From contig CAVNZM010000008.1 of the NCBI GenBank assembly GCA_963693365.1, positions 10,128,672 through 10,192,671 of the forward strand: a stretch of DNA of 64,000 nucleotides, in the 5' to 3' direction. The position numbers were made by a program, and so were the translations under genes. Below, piece by piece: positions 12,822 through 27,276 of this stretch. Origin of the DNA: Amoebidium appalachense. Lineage: Eukaryota > Protista > Ichthyosporea. Positions within the stretch are counted from its first letter, which is position 1; each line of letters opens with the position of its first letter. A model generated the notes under the pieces. The model did not search any database. It was not told where the DNA came from and saw only the letters and a list, made by a program, of their open reading frames with translations.

Positions 12822-12994
12822 CCGGAATCGATTTCTGGAATCTAGAGCCTGGAGGATGACGAAAACTACACCCCGCGGTTACCATCCCATGTAGGCTGCG
12901 TACGCGGACCGCCACGACTGATCTACACTGTGATGTCATGGGATGTTAACCGCGGGGTGTACACGGGGACCGGGTACTTACCGCACCAGGAGCA

Positions 12995-13025
<31 letters not shown>

Positions 13026-13065
13026 GTGCTCGCGCGCGCGCGCGTGTGTGTGTGTGTTTTGTGTG

Positions 13066-13218
<153 letters not shown>

Positions 13219-13344
13219 GAGACGCTTATTATTATTCGTGTGTGTGTGTGTGTGAGGCTGGAGGAAGGGAGGGAGGGAGAGAGGAGGGAGGGTGTGCGCG
13301 CGAGAGATCTAGATGTCTGAGAGAGGGGGGGGGGCGGGGGCGGG

Positions 13345-13390
<46 letters not shown>

Positions 13391-13416
13391 TATATATATA
13401 TCATAATATATATATC

Positions 13417-13491
<75 letters not shown>

Positions 13492-13533
13492 AGAGTCGAT
13501 AGGGAGGGGGAGAGAGAGAGGGGGAGAGGGAGG

Positions 13534-13583
<50 letters not shown>

Positions 13584-13814
13584 CTGCCATACACACACAT
13601 ACACTCCCCGCAGCAGCCGCCACCACCGCCACCCCCCCTCCCCCCTCCCCCCTCCCCCCCTCTTCCCCACCGGTTAACACACACGGACACCACCACCGCC
13701 CCCGCCCCCCCCCCCCCCCCCCCTCCCCCCCCCCCCCCCTCCCCCTCCCCCCCCCTCCTCCCCCCAACGCACACACGCACCAGCAACACCACCACCCACC
13801 CGCCCTGCGCATCG

Positions 13815-14280
13815 ATAATGAAGGCTTTTATTCAATTTAATTACAGGGGTGCATCACATGGGCTAAATTAGTAATAAACTTGAAGACAACTGAAGGGGGA
13901 GAGGCCTTGGCCAACCCGATTACATCCGCCTGATTCTCACCTAGTCCCGGTCGGGGTCGACGTCCTTTGTTACCTTTGGCTACAGCTGTGACAGTGGCGC
14001 CACATTGCTGCTCAAAAGATTCAAGGATGTGTTTAACATAGACCTGCCATTTTCTGGATGCTTGTTTGTGTGCCTACAAAGCCCATACAAGGTTCAGCTG
14101 TGCTGTTACTCAACCGAAAAAACAGAGAGTGTGACAATGAACACGCATCATTCGTCATCCTTCGTCAGAACAAGCTTCCTCCAATCAAACAGCACGCTGC
14201 AAATTTGCAATGCGCATCTTGTTCAGGAGTCGGTCAGACTTGTGCATCGATGGCATGTGCACATGCCTGCAAGTCAGTAG
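13815..14280 (-). mobile_element. Possible highly decayed LINE 3' remnant
   Basis: Broken Cys/His-like frames ending near AATAAA on the minus strand; weak similarity by eye only. Confidence 0.25.
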
Positions 14281-14683
14281 TGACTTTTTTTGCCCGGCCC
14301 AGCTACACAAAGTAAAGTTCACGTACAATAATAAATTATAGTATTAGTGACGCAAAAATCTATTCAAACGGCCGTTTAATTCCGGATATTCTTGAAATTG
14401 GGCCGAAATTGCTAGATCTATGGAATTGATCAGGACCGTATCCAGATCAGCCAGATCTATTTTTTCTACTCGCGGTAAAAACTGAACAAGACCCTAAGAC
14501 TAATGAACAGCCTATCAATCAAATAAAAGTACTATAATAGAAATTAATAGATGGGTGGTGACCAAAATCTTTCTAAAATATGTGCAGACTCATCGAGCCG
14601 GGTGTCGGAAGCCGGGATCCGACTGAGTGACTCCCCTCTCCCGAGGGTTATTTTCATCGTCATCCCGCAGATTCCAGCACATA

Positions 14684-14763
14684 GATCACTTGGCCAATAG
14701 GAAGTGGTTCTCAGTTTATGTGTAGCGATGTGATTGTGAGAACCCCGGAGTATATAAACAACC
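14684..14763 (+). promoter_or_regulatory. Promoter of copy B (CCAAT, TATA)
   Basis: ccaataggaagtg at 14694, gatgtgattg, TATATAAA at 14751. Confidence 0.7.
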
Positions 14764-14943
14764 CAACTTGCCTGACAATGCATCAGTTATTCCACAGCGC
14801 CACACACAAGTTCAAACATCGCCATCGGCACAACTTCAGAAACAGAGGTAAAGATTCTACACTTATTGCGCAACGCTAAGAACACGTTCACTTTACAAAC
14901 AGAACTTTCCACACGCCCACTAGCACACTCTACTCCAGACACC

Positions 14944-15747
14944 ATGGCGACCATCACCCACATTGCCGCAACCCTTGCCGCCCTTGCAGCCCACACAGCA
15001 GCCAAGAGCACTCTGATCTCGTGCAGCACGTGGGTGGACAACTCGGGCACCGTCTGCTACAACTCCGTGCAGACCACGCACATGTGCAACCCCGCCACCT
15101 TCACCGACACAAACTCGTGCGGCACCGAGTACTGCTGCACCCCCACAGAGGTCGAGACCACGTGCTCGGCCTGGACCAAAGACAACAGTGTGAAGTGTGC
15201 AAACGGTGTGGCCAGCCAATCATGTGTCGAGAATGGAAGCGATGACGATGCCTGCAGCAACGACTACTGCTGCGTGCAATACGTGAAGGTGCTCTCCAAC
15301 TGCTACGACTGGACGGACTCGGGCGTGCAGTGCGGCTGGCCACGTGTCAGCAACTGGCAGAGCGTTCTGGAAGACTACGAGTGCTTCGAGAATGTTCCCA
15401 CCACCACGGGTACTGCGCAGGTGCAGCAGAACGGCATTGGGCCGTGCAGCAAGGCGCAGTGCTGCGCCCTCGTGGAGACGACAACCACCACCACCACAAA
15501 GACCCTCACGCCCACCCCCACACTCCACCCCGTGACCCCCACCCCCGCATGCTCTGCGTACCCTACGCCCACGGGCACAAACTACGACTGGCGGTGTGAC
15601 TGCTGGGCGGCGGCCAACGATGTGACGTGCCCGTCGGGCAAGTATCTGCAGACCGGCAAGGAGTGCACGCGCTACAGCAACCTCTACCCGAATGTGCCAA
15701 AGTGCCTCGAGAGCAGCTGCTGCGGCTCCAGCCCCTGGGTCTTGTAA
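14944..15747 (+). CDS. Secreted cysteine-repeat protein, 267 aa, copy B (inverted duplicate of A)
   Basis: ATG at 14944; protein differs from copy A at 3 residues. Confidence 0.9.
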   Translation: MATITHIAATLAALAAHTAAKSTLISCSTWVDNSGTVCYNSVQTTHMCNPATFTDTNSCGTEYCCTPTEVETTCSAWTKDNSVKCANGVASQSCVENGSDDDACSNDYCCVQYVKVLSNCYDWTDSGVQCGWPRVSNWQSVLEDYECFENVPTTTGTAQVQQNGIGPCSKAQCCALVETTTTTTTKTLTPTPTLHPVTPTPACSAYPTPTGTNYDWRCDCWAAANDVTCPSGKYLQTGKECTRYSNLYPNVPKCLESSCCGSSPWVL

Positions 15748-16226
15748 CTGAATGGATGCACCAATAGCAAGGCCGCTTTTAAAGTCAGACCATTCAATGT
15801 TCTGACGTGTATTGTTTTCACTTAGCTTCCGATTTCACGGTAACTCCCCGTATACATAGTTGTCTTCGTGTGTAATATGCTGATATGAGATGGTGTGCAT
15901 ATTATAGAATGATATTTCATACCTGCAGCTGGCTGCATGGTGATAATGACTTTAATTAGTGTACAGAACCTCACGTTGAGCCCGACAAGGCCAATAAATA
16001 AACTACACTGCTGTTCCACAGAATCGTTGTGTTTCTTCATGCTGCAGTTCTGGCGGTACACAGCTCCTGATTCATCGTTTCTTTTTCTTTAACGCCCCAC
16101 TAATCTGCCCTACCAGAGAAACATCCAAATGCTTGATCATGTCGTGTGTAGCCCCCCAATCCCCCACGGCGCTCCAGACCTCTCTGTTCAGCTCTCCGTC
16201 CCTCTCTCCCTCTCTCTCCATCCATC

Positions 16227-16380
<154 letters not shown>

Positions 16381-16543
16381 CCCCTAACCCCTCACCGCAC
16401 TCACTCTCCCCTCCCCCTGCCCCTCCCTCCCTGCGAGTCACACACACACACACGAACACACACACACACACACACACACATACTTTCCATCCCTCCCTCC
16501 CTCCCTCCCTCCCTCTCCCGTCCCTCTCTTTTTCTTTCTCTCC

Positions 16544-16574
<31 letters not shown>

Positions 16575-16899
16575 TCTTCCCCTCTCTCTCTCGCTCTCTT
16601 GCTCTTGCTCTTGCTCTCGCTCGCTCTCTCTCTCTCTCTCTCTTCGAGACTCCCTCTCTTTCGAGCCTTGGGCTCTCTCTCTTCTCCCGGGAATCTCTCT
16701 TTCCCCTCCCCGGCCCCCCTCCCTTTCCATCCGTCCCTCCCTAACTCCCTCCCTCCCTCCCTCACTCACTCACTCCCTCCCTCCCTCCCTCCCTCCCTCC
16801 CTCCCTCCCTCCCTTCCTCCCTCCCTCCCTCCCTCTCTCCCTCTCCCCCCCCCCCCCCCTCTCTCTCTCTCCCTCTCTCTCTCTCCTCTCTTCTCCTCT

Positions 16900-17163
<264 letters not shown>

Positions 17164-17245
17164 CCGCGCACACAGCTCTCTCTCTTTCCCTCTCCTTCCT
17201 CCCCCCCTCCCCCCCCCCCCCCCCCCCCCCTTCCCCCCTCCCACA

Positions 17246-17612
17246 AGGCCCCAACCACATCGGCAGAGTCAGCTTGCAAAAGTAGGATTTTTCTGGCAAA
17301 AGCGGAAATACTCTTCAAAAAGCGGAATTTTTCTGCAAAGAGCAGAATTGCTCTGCAAAAGCAGAATCACTCTGCTTTTAGTAGAATTGTTCTGCTTTTA
17401 GCAGAATTATTCAGCAGAAAGCAGAAATATTCTGCTTAATCTGCTTTTAGCAGAACAATTCTGTTTTTAGCAGATTGATTCATTCTGCTTGTAGCAGATT
17501 GATTCTGCTTTGAGCAGATTGATTCTGCTTTTGCAGAATAATTTTGCGCAGTGCAGAATAATTCTGCTTTTGATTCTGCTTTTACTTGACTCAGTCGATG
17601 TGGTTGGACCCT
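17246..17612 (+). mobile_element. Foldback MITE with internal agcagaattattctgc satellite, copy 1
   Basis: ~28-bp TIRs (aggccccaaccacatcggcagagtca / tgactcagtcgatgtggttggaccct); perfect 6-bp TSD cccaca. Confidence 0.85.
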
Positions 17613-17817
17613 CCCACACACACACACACACGCACTCAAAGTTTCTCCGAGGCTCTCTCTCTCTCTCTTTCGAAATTCTTCCCCCCTCCCCCCCCCTCTC
17701 ACTCTCTCGCTCTCTCGCTCTCTCGCTCTCTCGCTCTCCCGCTCCCCCTCCTCCCTTCCCCCTCTTGCAACAGGACATTGCTGTGTGTGTGTGGGTGGGT
17801 GGTTGGGTGGGGGTGGA

Positions 17818-17854
<37 letters not shown>

Positions 17855-18540
17855 TTGATGTGTGAAAAAGACCGGCAGCCTGGCAGGGTAGTGAATAAGA
17901 CAAAAATCGATTGGCAAGAGTGACCAGCACTTAATAAGGAATCCCACATAGCCAATCAAACTGCGCCAAGTAAGGAGCCGCTGCGAGCCAGAGCACGGAG
18001 CAGCAACACAAAAACTCAAGCCCAGCCCTATTTGCAACAAAATCGGGGAAAAAAATAAGGGCCATTTCAATTACAAAATCAACGTTCTATTGAAAAGTAG
18101 GCTATGTCGGCAGTTCGCCACATGACATCAGTGTGACGTCAATATCACGTCATAATGAGGCCAAATTAGGTGATTGGCCTTAGTAACTGTATATGGTGGA
18201 ACCGCCTTTAGAAAGTGGGGTTACTCAATAACCATAAAAGGGAATCCCGGAAGAAAAACTGACATGTTCGTTTGGTTTTCAAAGTTAGGGTTGGAACCGA
18301 CCACTCAGGGACCCACAATATCCTCATCATTCAATCAGTCTGCCGGGCACTAATAGCTTCACTACATTCATGTAGGAAAGCCTTCTACTATCATCAACTT
18401 GCCCCACACAGTCCCCTCCCCCCCCTCCCCCCTCTTCCCCCGGTGGGTGGCTTCCTAATTGGCGGTAGATGAGCTTACGGTCAACGGATTTGTTCCGGCT
18501 TGAGTACTGTCGGTTTAGTGGGCTGCGATCCTCTGCTCCA

Positions 18541-18589
<49 letters not shown>

Positions 18590-18644
18590 CCCTCTCCCTC
18601 CCCCTCCCCCCTCCCCCCCCTCCCCACCCCAAACAGACACACAT

Positions 18645-18722
<78 letters not shown>

Positions 18723-18871
18723 CCCTTACACCCCTCCCCACACCCATCTATCCACCCACCCGCCTGCCTAATCCTTGCAAAGAGCTGCTGCTTTTCCCTC
18801 CCCCCTGCCCATCCCTGTAAACCCCCCCCCCCCTCCCCCTCTCTTCCCTCCCTCCCTCCCCCCCCCCTCTA

Positions 18872-19010
<139 letters not shown>

Positions 19011-19362
19011 AGATTAGTATTGTGTTAATTCATTATAGGAGTGTACCTAGAGTAATTAATCAAGATTAGAAAAGAGAAAAGAGAAATTACTACTTTATAC
19101 AAAAAAAAAAAAAAAGAAAGAAAAGCAATGAGTAGAATGCAATTTAAATATAGTGTAAAGAAAAATAGTTGAATGAAGAGTAAAAAATTTAGTGATTGAA
19201 GAGAAGTGATAAAAATGTCATTGAACAAAAGAAATATTAAAAGTCTAAACATATCCTCCAAATGCTCTCTGATTTGGCACAACTTAACATCATAAACCGA
19301 ACAACCAGAATTTAGTAGGTGGGGATCATGTATCCGTGCGTGTGTGTGTGTGTGTGTGTTAC

Positions 19363-19466
<104 letters not shown>

Positions 19467-19880
19467 CGTGTGTGTTTGTGTGTGTGTGGCCGAGTTTTCT
19501 TTCGTTTTTTGGGGGGTGTGTGTGTGTGTGTGCGCGCGCATGCGTGCGTGCGCGCGTGTGTGCATGTGTGCGTGCATAAGTGGGTGGGCGGGTGCGCTCG
19601 TGTGTGTGTGTGTGTGTGTGTGTCTGTACTCTCGATGATGGATTCCGAACTCTCACTTGTGAATGTTCAATGTGCGGAATGCGACAAGGCATGTAAGAGC
19701 ACAGGGCCCCCCTTAAAAATTCAAATCTTAATGAGTCTTGATGATTGAGTTCTGCACGGACACCAGTGGTACATATAAAACGTTGAAACCACTAATAACA
19801 GGGCAAGCTTTAGTTTCTAAAAGGGAACGGGGGAGGGAGAGAAGGAGGGGGGTCTATATTTAGGCCTAAGGTTACTACAT

Positions 19881-20905
19881 TTAGCCCTGTGTAAGCGTTG
19901 GGGCAATGGGACTAGGTGTGGTTGCAGAGGAAAAAAATGGCAAAGGGATCGATCTGGTTCGTCGCCTGCGCAGGAGTGTCCGATTAATGATGATCGGACA
20001 TGTACGCCGATTGTGGCCTGTCTGAAGGCACCCACTGCACATGTAGTGGGGGGGATTTTTACCCTTGACGGATATTTCTTCAGGGGGGTTTTCCTTCGAA
20101 ACTTCAACCATGGTAGGATTTTGTTTCGAATATTTATCCTCACCCATAGGGGGTTTTTCCTTCAAAATTTCAACCATATCACCCTCTCCGGAGAGTCCCA
20201 CAACATTTCCTGCCATGTTTGCCGAATTTTCGCTCTGCATGTCTGACCTCCCCGCCTCATCTTCCGATTTCACCGCTACCTCCATTTCGGCGATCGGATC
20301 CGACCCCAACCCCGTTTCTCTCTTTTCTTGCACAGTTGCCAAAAGGGGAGAGAGTGAAATCATTCCCTGCCATTTTCCTGGGCCCGAAATAAAATCCGGT
20401 GGAGAATCCATCTCTAATGATTCATGGTTGGAGAGCGAAAGGGAATCGAATAGTCGCGGCATGCTATCGTTCGATTCCAAAAGAAGAGACATGAGCGTGT
20501 GGTCAAAGTCCAAGGGTTCGGCCCTGGGGAGGGGGGCTGTATGCGGAGCGGCGAAATTTCCGTGGCTGCATGACCGCGGTCGGGAGCCAAGGCGGGCCCG
20601 AGGGGGGGTTTTAGCCGTTTGTGAAATTGGGTTGTGGCGGTTGGAAGGGCGAGGAGTAGGGGGACACTGGAACGAGACACCGTGGAATGTTTGGGTTGCG
20701 GGGGGAGCTGTGTCGTCTCACAATGGGTGGCTTCTCGCGGCCGGCAGTGGTGGTTGTGGTGAGATTAGTTGCGCTGGTGCGGTTTACGCTGCGCATGGCG
20801 GTGTCCAGTAGAAGGTCGACCGTCTGTGCATTTTTTTTTTTTTTTGGGTAACAGTGTGTGGGGAGGACGAAAGTAAGAAAAGAGACCACCAGCCCCTCCC
20901 CCCCA

Positions 20906-20952
<47 letters not shown>

Positions 20953-21865
20953 AAAAAAAAAAAAGGAAAAAAAAAGTCCACCGTACTCCCCCCCCCCCCC
21001 CCCCTTCCCCCCCCCAAAAAAGGCCACCGTAGATCCTATCGTCCCCCCCCCCCCCCTCCCCCTTTCTTTTAAGGTGTATTCTCCGCCTCCCTCTCTCTCT
21101 TTCTCTCAGTCAAAAAACATGTGCCTTCCACTACTAATCAGTCGTTTTGCTTGTACAGGCGGCTTTTTTCCCCCCATATTTCACCTGTTCTTCCTCCACA
21201 CATGACTTCCGATGCACAAAAACTTATACTAAATCGTAAAATTCCGTCAATCTAAATCATATGAACACTTTCTATTGGTTGGTTTGATTTCTTACCTGTT
21301 GGTCAATGTCGCAGTTATGAATATCCGCAGGCGGGTGTTCCCCGTTAACCTGCACCAACAAATGTTCGCAAATCAAATTCAACTCAGACACCTCCACGCT
21401 GCCCAACTTTAAATCATCACTTTCCGAGGCCTCTTCATTTTCCTTTGCACAAACCTCCGAAAACTGGTGTGGCTCCTCTGCGAAAGACACACTCGCATAT
21501 GGGGTGTCTGTGGTGTCTGAAAAGGATGGGGAAGAATCATAAGCCCGGCCTGGTGTCGGGCGGTGAGTTGTTGTGTCTGCTGGGTCGGCAGACATCCATT
21601 GGCACATGTCATCGATAATACTGTCTACATTCTCGTACGTAGCCACACCTATCTTTCTTTTTGTTAGCGGAAATACGTGTGGGTGTGCCGTGTGTTTTAC
21701 GGTGTTTTGCAGAACGTATTCCGTGTCGGACTCGTCAAAAACGGGATCGGAAAAAGACTCCATCGCATGTTGATAATATCTCCATTCTGTAGTTTCTCCG
21801 CTTAAAAACGCAGAAGGGGGTTCCTGGAATGTCATGGGTATGCGGTTGCTATGTGCACGGCGGAC
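19881..21865 (-). CDS. Mostly disordered protein with C-terminal CCHC zinc knuckle; exons ~21865-21296 and 20823-19881, apparent frameshift in a C-run near 20700
   Basis: CSGCLQTGHNRRTC motif; CAG|GTAAG donor at 21296 and tgcacag acceptor at 20824; long open frames. Start not resolved. Confidence 0.55.
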
Positions 21866-24858
21866 CTGTTGTGGTTTTGTGTTGCCACGAAACTGACTCC
21901 CGTCAAAAAATGAATTTTCTTTCGACGATCACTCACCAGGGGTGGGCCTTAGTCCCGCGCTTGAAGTTCCTTGTTGATGCATCTTATTGAAAATTTAAAA
22001 TGTGACGTTCAACGGCGGCTGAACGGTGTTGCCTCGTTAATCAGAATAGGACCAGACGAAGTGTTTTTGATAGAAATATTATGTGAATTGGATTAATCAG
22101 AACTAAACGGTAGACTTGAGTACTGTGCGCCGTGCTTATGCATTTGATACCATAAGTTCACGTTAAGGCACTGACATGATATGCAAGTGCAGGCATGTAT
22201 GTGAGCAATGGGACCGGAAAAGAATCGGCACAACTAACAGCACACTTGAAAAATTGTGCTTGTTGTAGCTCAACAGGTTGTTTTGAACTTGTTTTTCTTT
22301 GTGTACTCAATTGCAATGAGAATCAGGGCAGCTGCAACTCCTAATAATATGTGTATACATACAAAAAGCTTGGAAACGATGGACCTGTTTGCCGTGAAAA
22401 ACAGCAATACCGGTATCTAAGGCTGATATTATAAGTTCAATGGCACCAGGTAGTGAGAGAACCTTTCAAAAATGCGTTTGGACACTCTCCTAGAAACAGT
22501 GACGGGTGTGGACTGAATGATTCCAACTTCTATCTATACTGGCTCCTATTATTACAAGGAGTGCACTTTCAACTGAGGACACAAACCGGGCTCAGTCGAC
22601 TCAAGAACATGCCCGCTCTCCTCAGGTTCCAATTCAGGCTGTGGTATGTGACTTTGTGTTTCGCAGGCATGCATCCGCTGAGTCACTGTTAGTACTCCCT
22701 CCGGTGCGGACCTCATGCGTGAGAGAGACCCAGGGCTCGGAAATATAATAAGGACATATTTTAGGTTACGTGGTAATGATGGATAGTTGTACGAATAAAA
22801 GAGATTTTAAACCATCACATGGAAAAGAAAGTTGTAGGCTGGAGGGGGCGAGGAGTAGCGGCTCAAATGTATGTAGCAAAAGTTTGGAAAATGTTTATGA
22901 CCCGAGGCCAAGCTTGCATCCGTGGAGCTAGCGAGCGGTGCACTCCAAAAACAATCATGGAAACAGAAATAGAAGTAGTTATTTAAAATGCATTGCTCGT
23001 GTGTTAGCCTGTGTGATACTCAATTTATTTTAGCATTAGCTTTTGGAAAGTCCAATGTATATAGTACCTCTTGCAGCTGGAACACGAGACGCGCCACACG
23101 TGTTTTTTTGAGGCGTGTGCACATGCAGCACCCGGGGCTGGATGATGCGCCCTTACACATGCACAACCGTCAAGTCAGGTCCGATTGGTGAATCGAAATA
23201 TGGATATAGTAATGTGTGATAGATGTCCAATACGTAGATCTGTTTAGTGATCCCAAGGTGCATTCCGAAACCGTGCAGCCAGCCCGCGGCCGCGGCGGGC
23301 CGGCCGCGGCCATGGCGCCAAGCCTTTTGTGTGGTTGGAATCAACACCCCAAAGGCCGTTGGTCATTCTTCCAAGTGTGTTTCTATAATATTTCCAATGA
23401 AACAATGAAATAAGATAACAGTCTGTAATGACCATTATGTGTGCACGCTGTTTTGAGGAAATCAACACATTACGCATGCAGTATCTCAAATTCCATGCAT
23501 ACATACCAGCATACCACATTAAAACATGTTTTGTGCTGACCAATAGTAGAACAGATGATGTTTATTTTCTTGCCGGTTCGTGAAAGCGTCATCTGACGCC
23601 CCTTCGCGGCCACTTCGGCATATGAAATTCGGCATGAATGGTACATGGGTTATAAACCGTTACAGCAGAGGGTAAACCCTTAAACTTCTAATTTCAAACA
23701 CTCAATTGTATTTTTGCGTTAGTTAAAACTTGAGAGCCGTTTTTTATAGGTCCAAAATTCTTGCGGGCCTTGTGCACTTACTAACAGTCTTCGGAATCGA
23801 GGGTTCGGGCCAAATATTTAGACCTACCAATTATACAGCAACGATGACGTCAATTCTTCACCATAAATGGAGTTCCTGGTAACGTGGTAGCCCTGCTCCC
23901 ACGCTTCAACAGGCGCTGGAAGTTGCCTGAAACACGTCACAGACGACGTCACGTGTGCCTCACGTGTTCTTCTTCTGTATGGTCATTGACCGTCGACGTG
24001 TATCATACGGGTGAAAACTACATGATGTGCACAAGATTGCCACGTGTGTTTATGCACGTGTCAAGTCGAGGCCTGGGCTGCATGCGCAGCTGTAATACCA
24101 CCTGTACACACGTGCACACGTGCACATGCATGTGCGGTATGTCAAGACTTTTGCTTTGATGAGTCTTTGAGCTCCCTTCAAAATTGCAACAATCCTCTAC
24201 TTAAGGCATTGAATCCTGACAATGGTGCATGGCCATGGGCACATTGATAATACACATGCGTATCCATACTTCCTGTGCATGCATACTGTGCCACAACTTG
24301 CAATATTATGACTCCAAAACGGTAGTAGATCTAGAGTCCACGGGTGGGCACGGTGGTGGAATTTAAGCCCGGGCCACCAGGTGGCCGCTTGATCGCCAAG
24401 CAAACGCAATGCACACAACAATAGTAGTCTTTTTTCGGTTGCCCACTGAGTCCCTACTATTACTGTGTAACTGCACAGTCAGGCCAGACTCACGTGCACG
24501 TGGGGGGCTCGGGGGTCTGGACCTGGCGGCAACGGAGAAGTGCAAACGATATCAAATGACACGAACATGTGATAATATGGGTCCAAACGTTAACGCATGC
24601 CACACACTCGGTGAATGTGACATGTACAAATGTGTCTGTGCAACATGTGAACAGCAGCTGCTACGTAGCCCACCACATTGACAGCCCCAGGGACTCGAAG
24701 CCAACGTTCGGGCCACAACTTATAAATGCAGGCGATGTGAATAAACCTGCAAGCTGTGAAAGCGAATATTCTTTCCAGCATATATTTCTGCTGTTACTGA
24801 CACCTGACCATCATTACCATTAACTTTCACACACACACTGTCGTGGATGTACCAGGCA

Positions 24859-25232
24859 TGCATCCCACCATGCAGCAAAAAAAGGGACCACAGACGCTCG
24901 GCCTCGCCTTCACCATTACCCTTCTCCTGGCCACCTGCATTCTCGCCATCCCCATCACCAACCAACTCGAAAACCATGCCGCCAATGACATCCACACAGA
25001 GTTTTCTTCCCTGAGGCTCCACCGCCGTCAGGGGACCTTTGATTGCTCTACACGCAACGCTGAGCCGCTTATAGAAAATCCCACTCGCCCCGAACACTGC
25101 CGCTGCCGATGGGGCCTTGTGTGGTCTGCAATGAACGGAGGGTGTGTGTCTTGCTGTGCGCGTGTGCCTGACACCGCGGCGTGTGAAAGAACTTATCAGT
25201 TCCGTGGATACACCGAGGTAGGAAATCCCTAA
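24859..25232 (+). CDS. Small secreted pre-pro Cys-rich peptide
   Basis: Hydrophobic signal (LGLAFTITLLLATCILA), pro-region ending LHRR|Q, then a 7-Cys domain; TATAAA near 24721. Confidence 0.7.
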
Positions 25233-25385
25233 ACAAGGACCTAAAAAGCGTGTGAAACAATCGTTATGACAAACATTCCATGCCATGTTGGTGTTTTCCG
25301 TGTTTGGGTTTTGTGGCCAAGATTAGCTAGAAAATGGATGGAGGGAAGGGGGAGGAGGGGCGGAGGTTTGGAGGAGGGAGGGAGG

Positions 25386-25416
<31 letters not shown>

Positions 25417-27071
25417 GTGGGGGGGAGGGGGGAGGGGGGGGGGGGAGAGGGGGGGGGGGGGGGGGGAGGGGGGGGGGGCGGGGAGAGCATTATAAGCACT
25501 TCAAAAGTGTATTGTTTGACAGAGTAAAAAACCGAATCAGAAAACTCGCGGCGAAACTGTTTCGGACATCCTTTTGGCTTGATTGTCAACTATGAGCTCT
25601 CCGGAAGGGGGCGCGGGGGGGGGGGGGGGGGGGGGGGGGGAGGGGGGGGGGGGGGAAGGCCCTGAGGGAGGGTGGAGGGCGAGGGGGAGAGGAAAGGGGG
25701 CAGGGTGAGGGGGGGGAGGGGGGAGGGGGAGGGGGGAGGGGAGGAGGGGGGGGGAGGGGGGAGCTTGAGCCATGCATGATGCGGCCCCGTGTTTATTTTG
25801 CCAAGAGTCTAGCCCCAGATTGGATACCATGCAACCCCAAACTTATGGCTGTTAACTAAATCCGACATGATGATTCATGGTTTATACGCCTGCCAACCAC
25901 TGCGTCCAAAGTTTTGGGCCACTTATGACGTGGTCTATCTTCTTCCCCGCGTTTTAACAGTTTAAACCTTCATGCACAAAACAAATAGCTTATCAATATA
26001 GATTTATGCACGGGTCTGATTTCGTTACCGATTACCATATAATCTTGTCGGTACCAAGTTAGTTGTGATCCCACACACAACTATAGCTCATCTAACCCAT
26101 GCTTTGCAGTATGTGACATCTGGGGTGACTGAGACCGCCGGGCCTGCGCCTGCCGAATCATCCCCCGGAGCTGCCGTCAACATGGGGGCATGCCGTCCCG
26201 TGAGTGGATAGGAGGGGCTGGCAAACCACCCCTTACCGTGTTTTGAATTACGGACGTGTCGGGGGTCTGTTTACAATTGTTTGCTTCCAAATTGTGGGTA
26301 AATATCGAAGAAGATACTGGCAATTGGTCATGAAGTGAAAATCTGTGGCTTGCATTTTCTAAAACATAAAACGGTTTTTTGAATCGATCCCGTCATAGGC
26401 AATGTACAGTATGGGTGTGGGTGGTGCTTGTCTCGGCAATCACTCCTGGGATAACATGTACCTATGGGATTTCACCTGCTTGAATTTCATCCCAAAAATC
26501 AGATCGCGGCATATTTTGTTTTAGGATTGCCGCTGGAAGTTGGTATCTTGCAAGGAAAATGCGAGGAGCAAGAGCAAAGTCACTGAAAAGCTGAGACTTT
26601 TGGGTGTCTGCTTGTATGGGAGTGGAGCAAGACGATGGAACCCTCGGGGATTCCGAAACGGAGTGACGTATGTACATTACATGGAGCCTGGGATTGACAA
26701 GGTATCGGATATCATAGCAACAACACCGTTGCCATGTGCCAGTTTAGAAACTGAATTGCTCCCCCCTCCCCTCCCCCCCACTCTCCCCCTCCCCCCTCCC
26801 CCCCCCCCCCCCCTCCCCCCTCCCCGCCCCACCCCCCAGAGGGACGTTGGCAACCTCCGCTCCCTTCCGAGGCCTTCCCGCCTGCCCTCCCCCCTCCCCC
26901 TCCCTCCCCTTGCCGCGGGAAACTGCTGGGAAACTGCAAACCCCCCTCCCTCCCGGCATCGCTCCCCCCCCCCCCCCCCCCCCCCTCCCCCCCCCCCCCG
27001 GCAATGCAACCCTACTCCCCCCCTCCCCCTAACGCACGCCGCACGCACGCACGCACGCACACACGCACATA

Positions 27072-27103
<32 letters not shown>

Positions 27104-27118
27104 TGCACACGCACACAG

Positions 27119-27160
<42 letters not shown>

Positions 27161-27276
27161 GGGATCACTGCCACCACAAACACAACACACTGTGACAAGC
27201 ACAAACAGAACTGGTCATATCATAAACAGTAATTTTCAACGTTTATCCCGTTTTTTCCCCCGGAGGAAGCCTCTAG

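Noticed and set aside
14866-14943. 26-aa N-terminal extension of Cys-rich copy B
   Set aside because: Starts at a non-ATG codon and is absent from copy A; the signal peptide begins at ATG 14944.
20065-20811. 248-aa plus-strand ORF
   Set aside because: Antisense shadow of the minus-strand zinc-knuckle gene; the same applies to 42618-43664 opposite gag.
26462-26760. Possible exon or gene fragment
   Set aside because: No recognisable motif; the only long open frame runs into low-complexity sequence.
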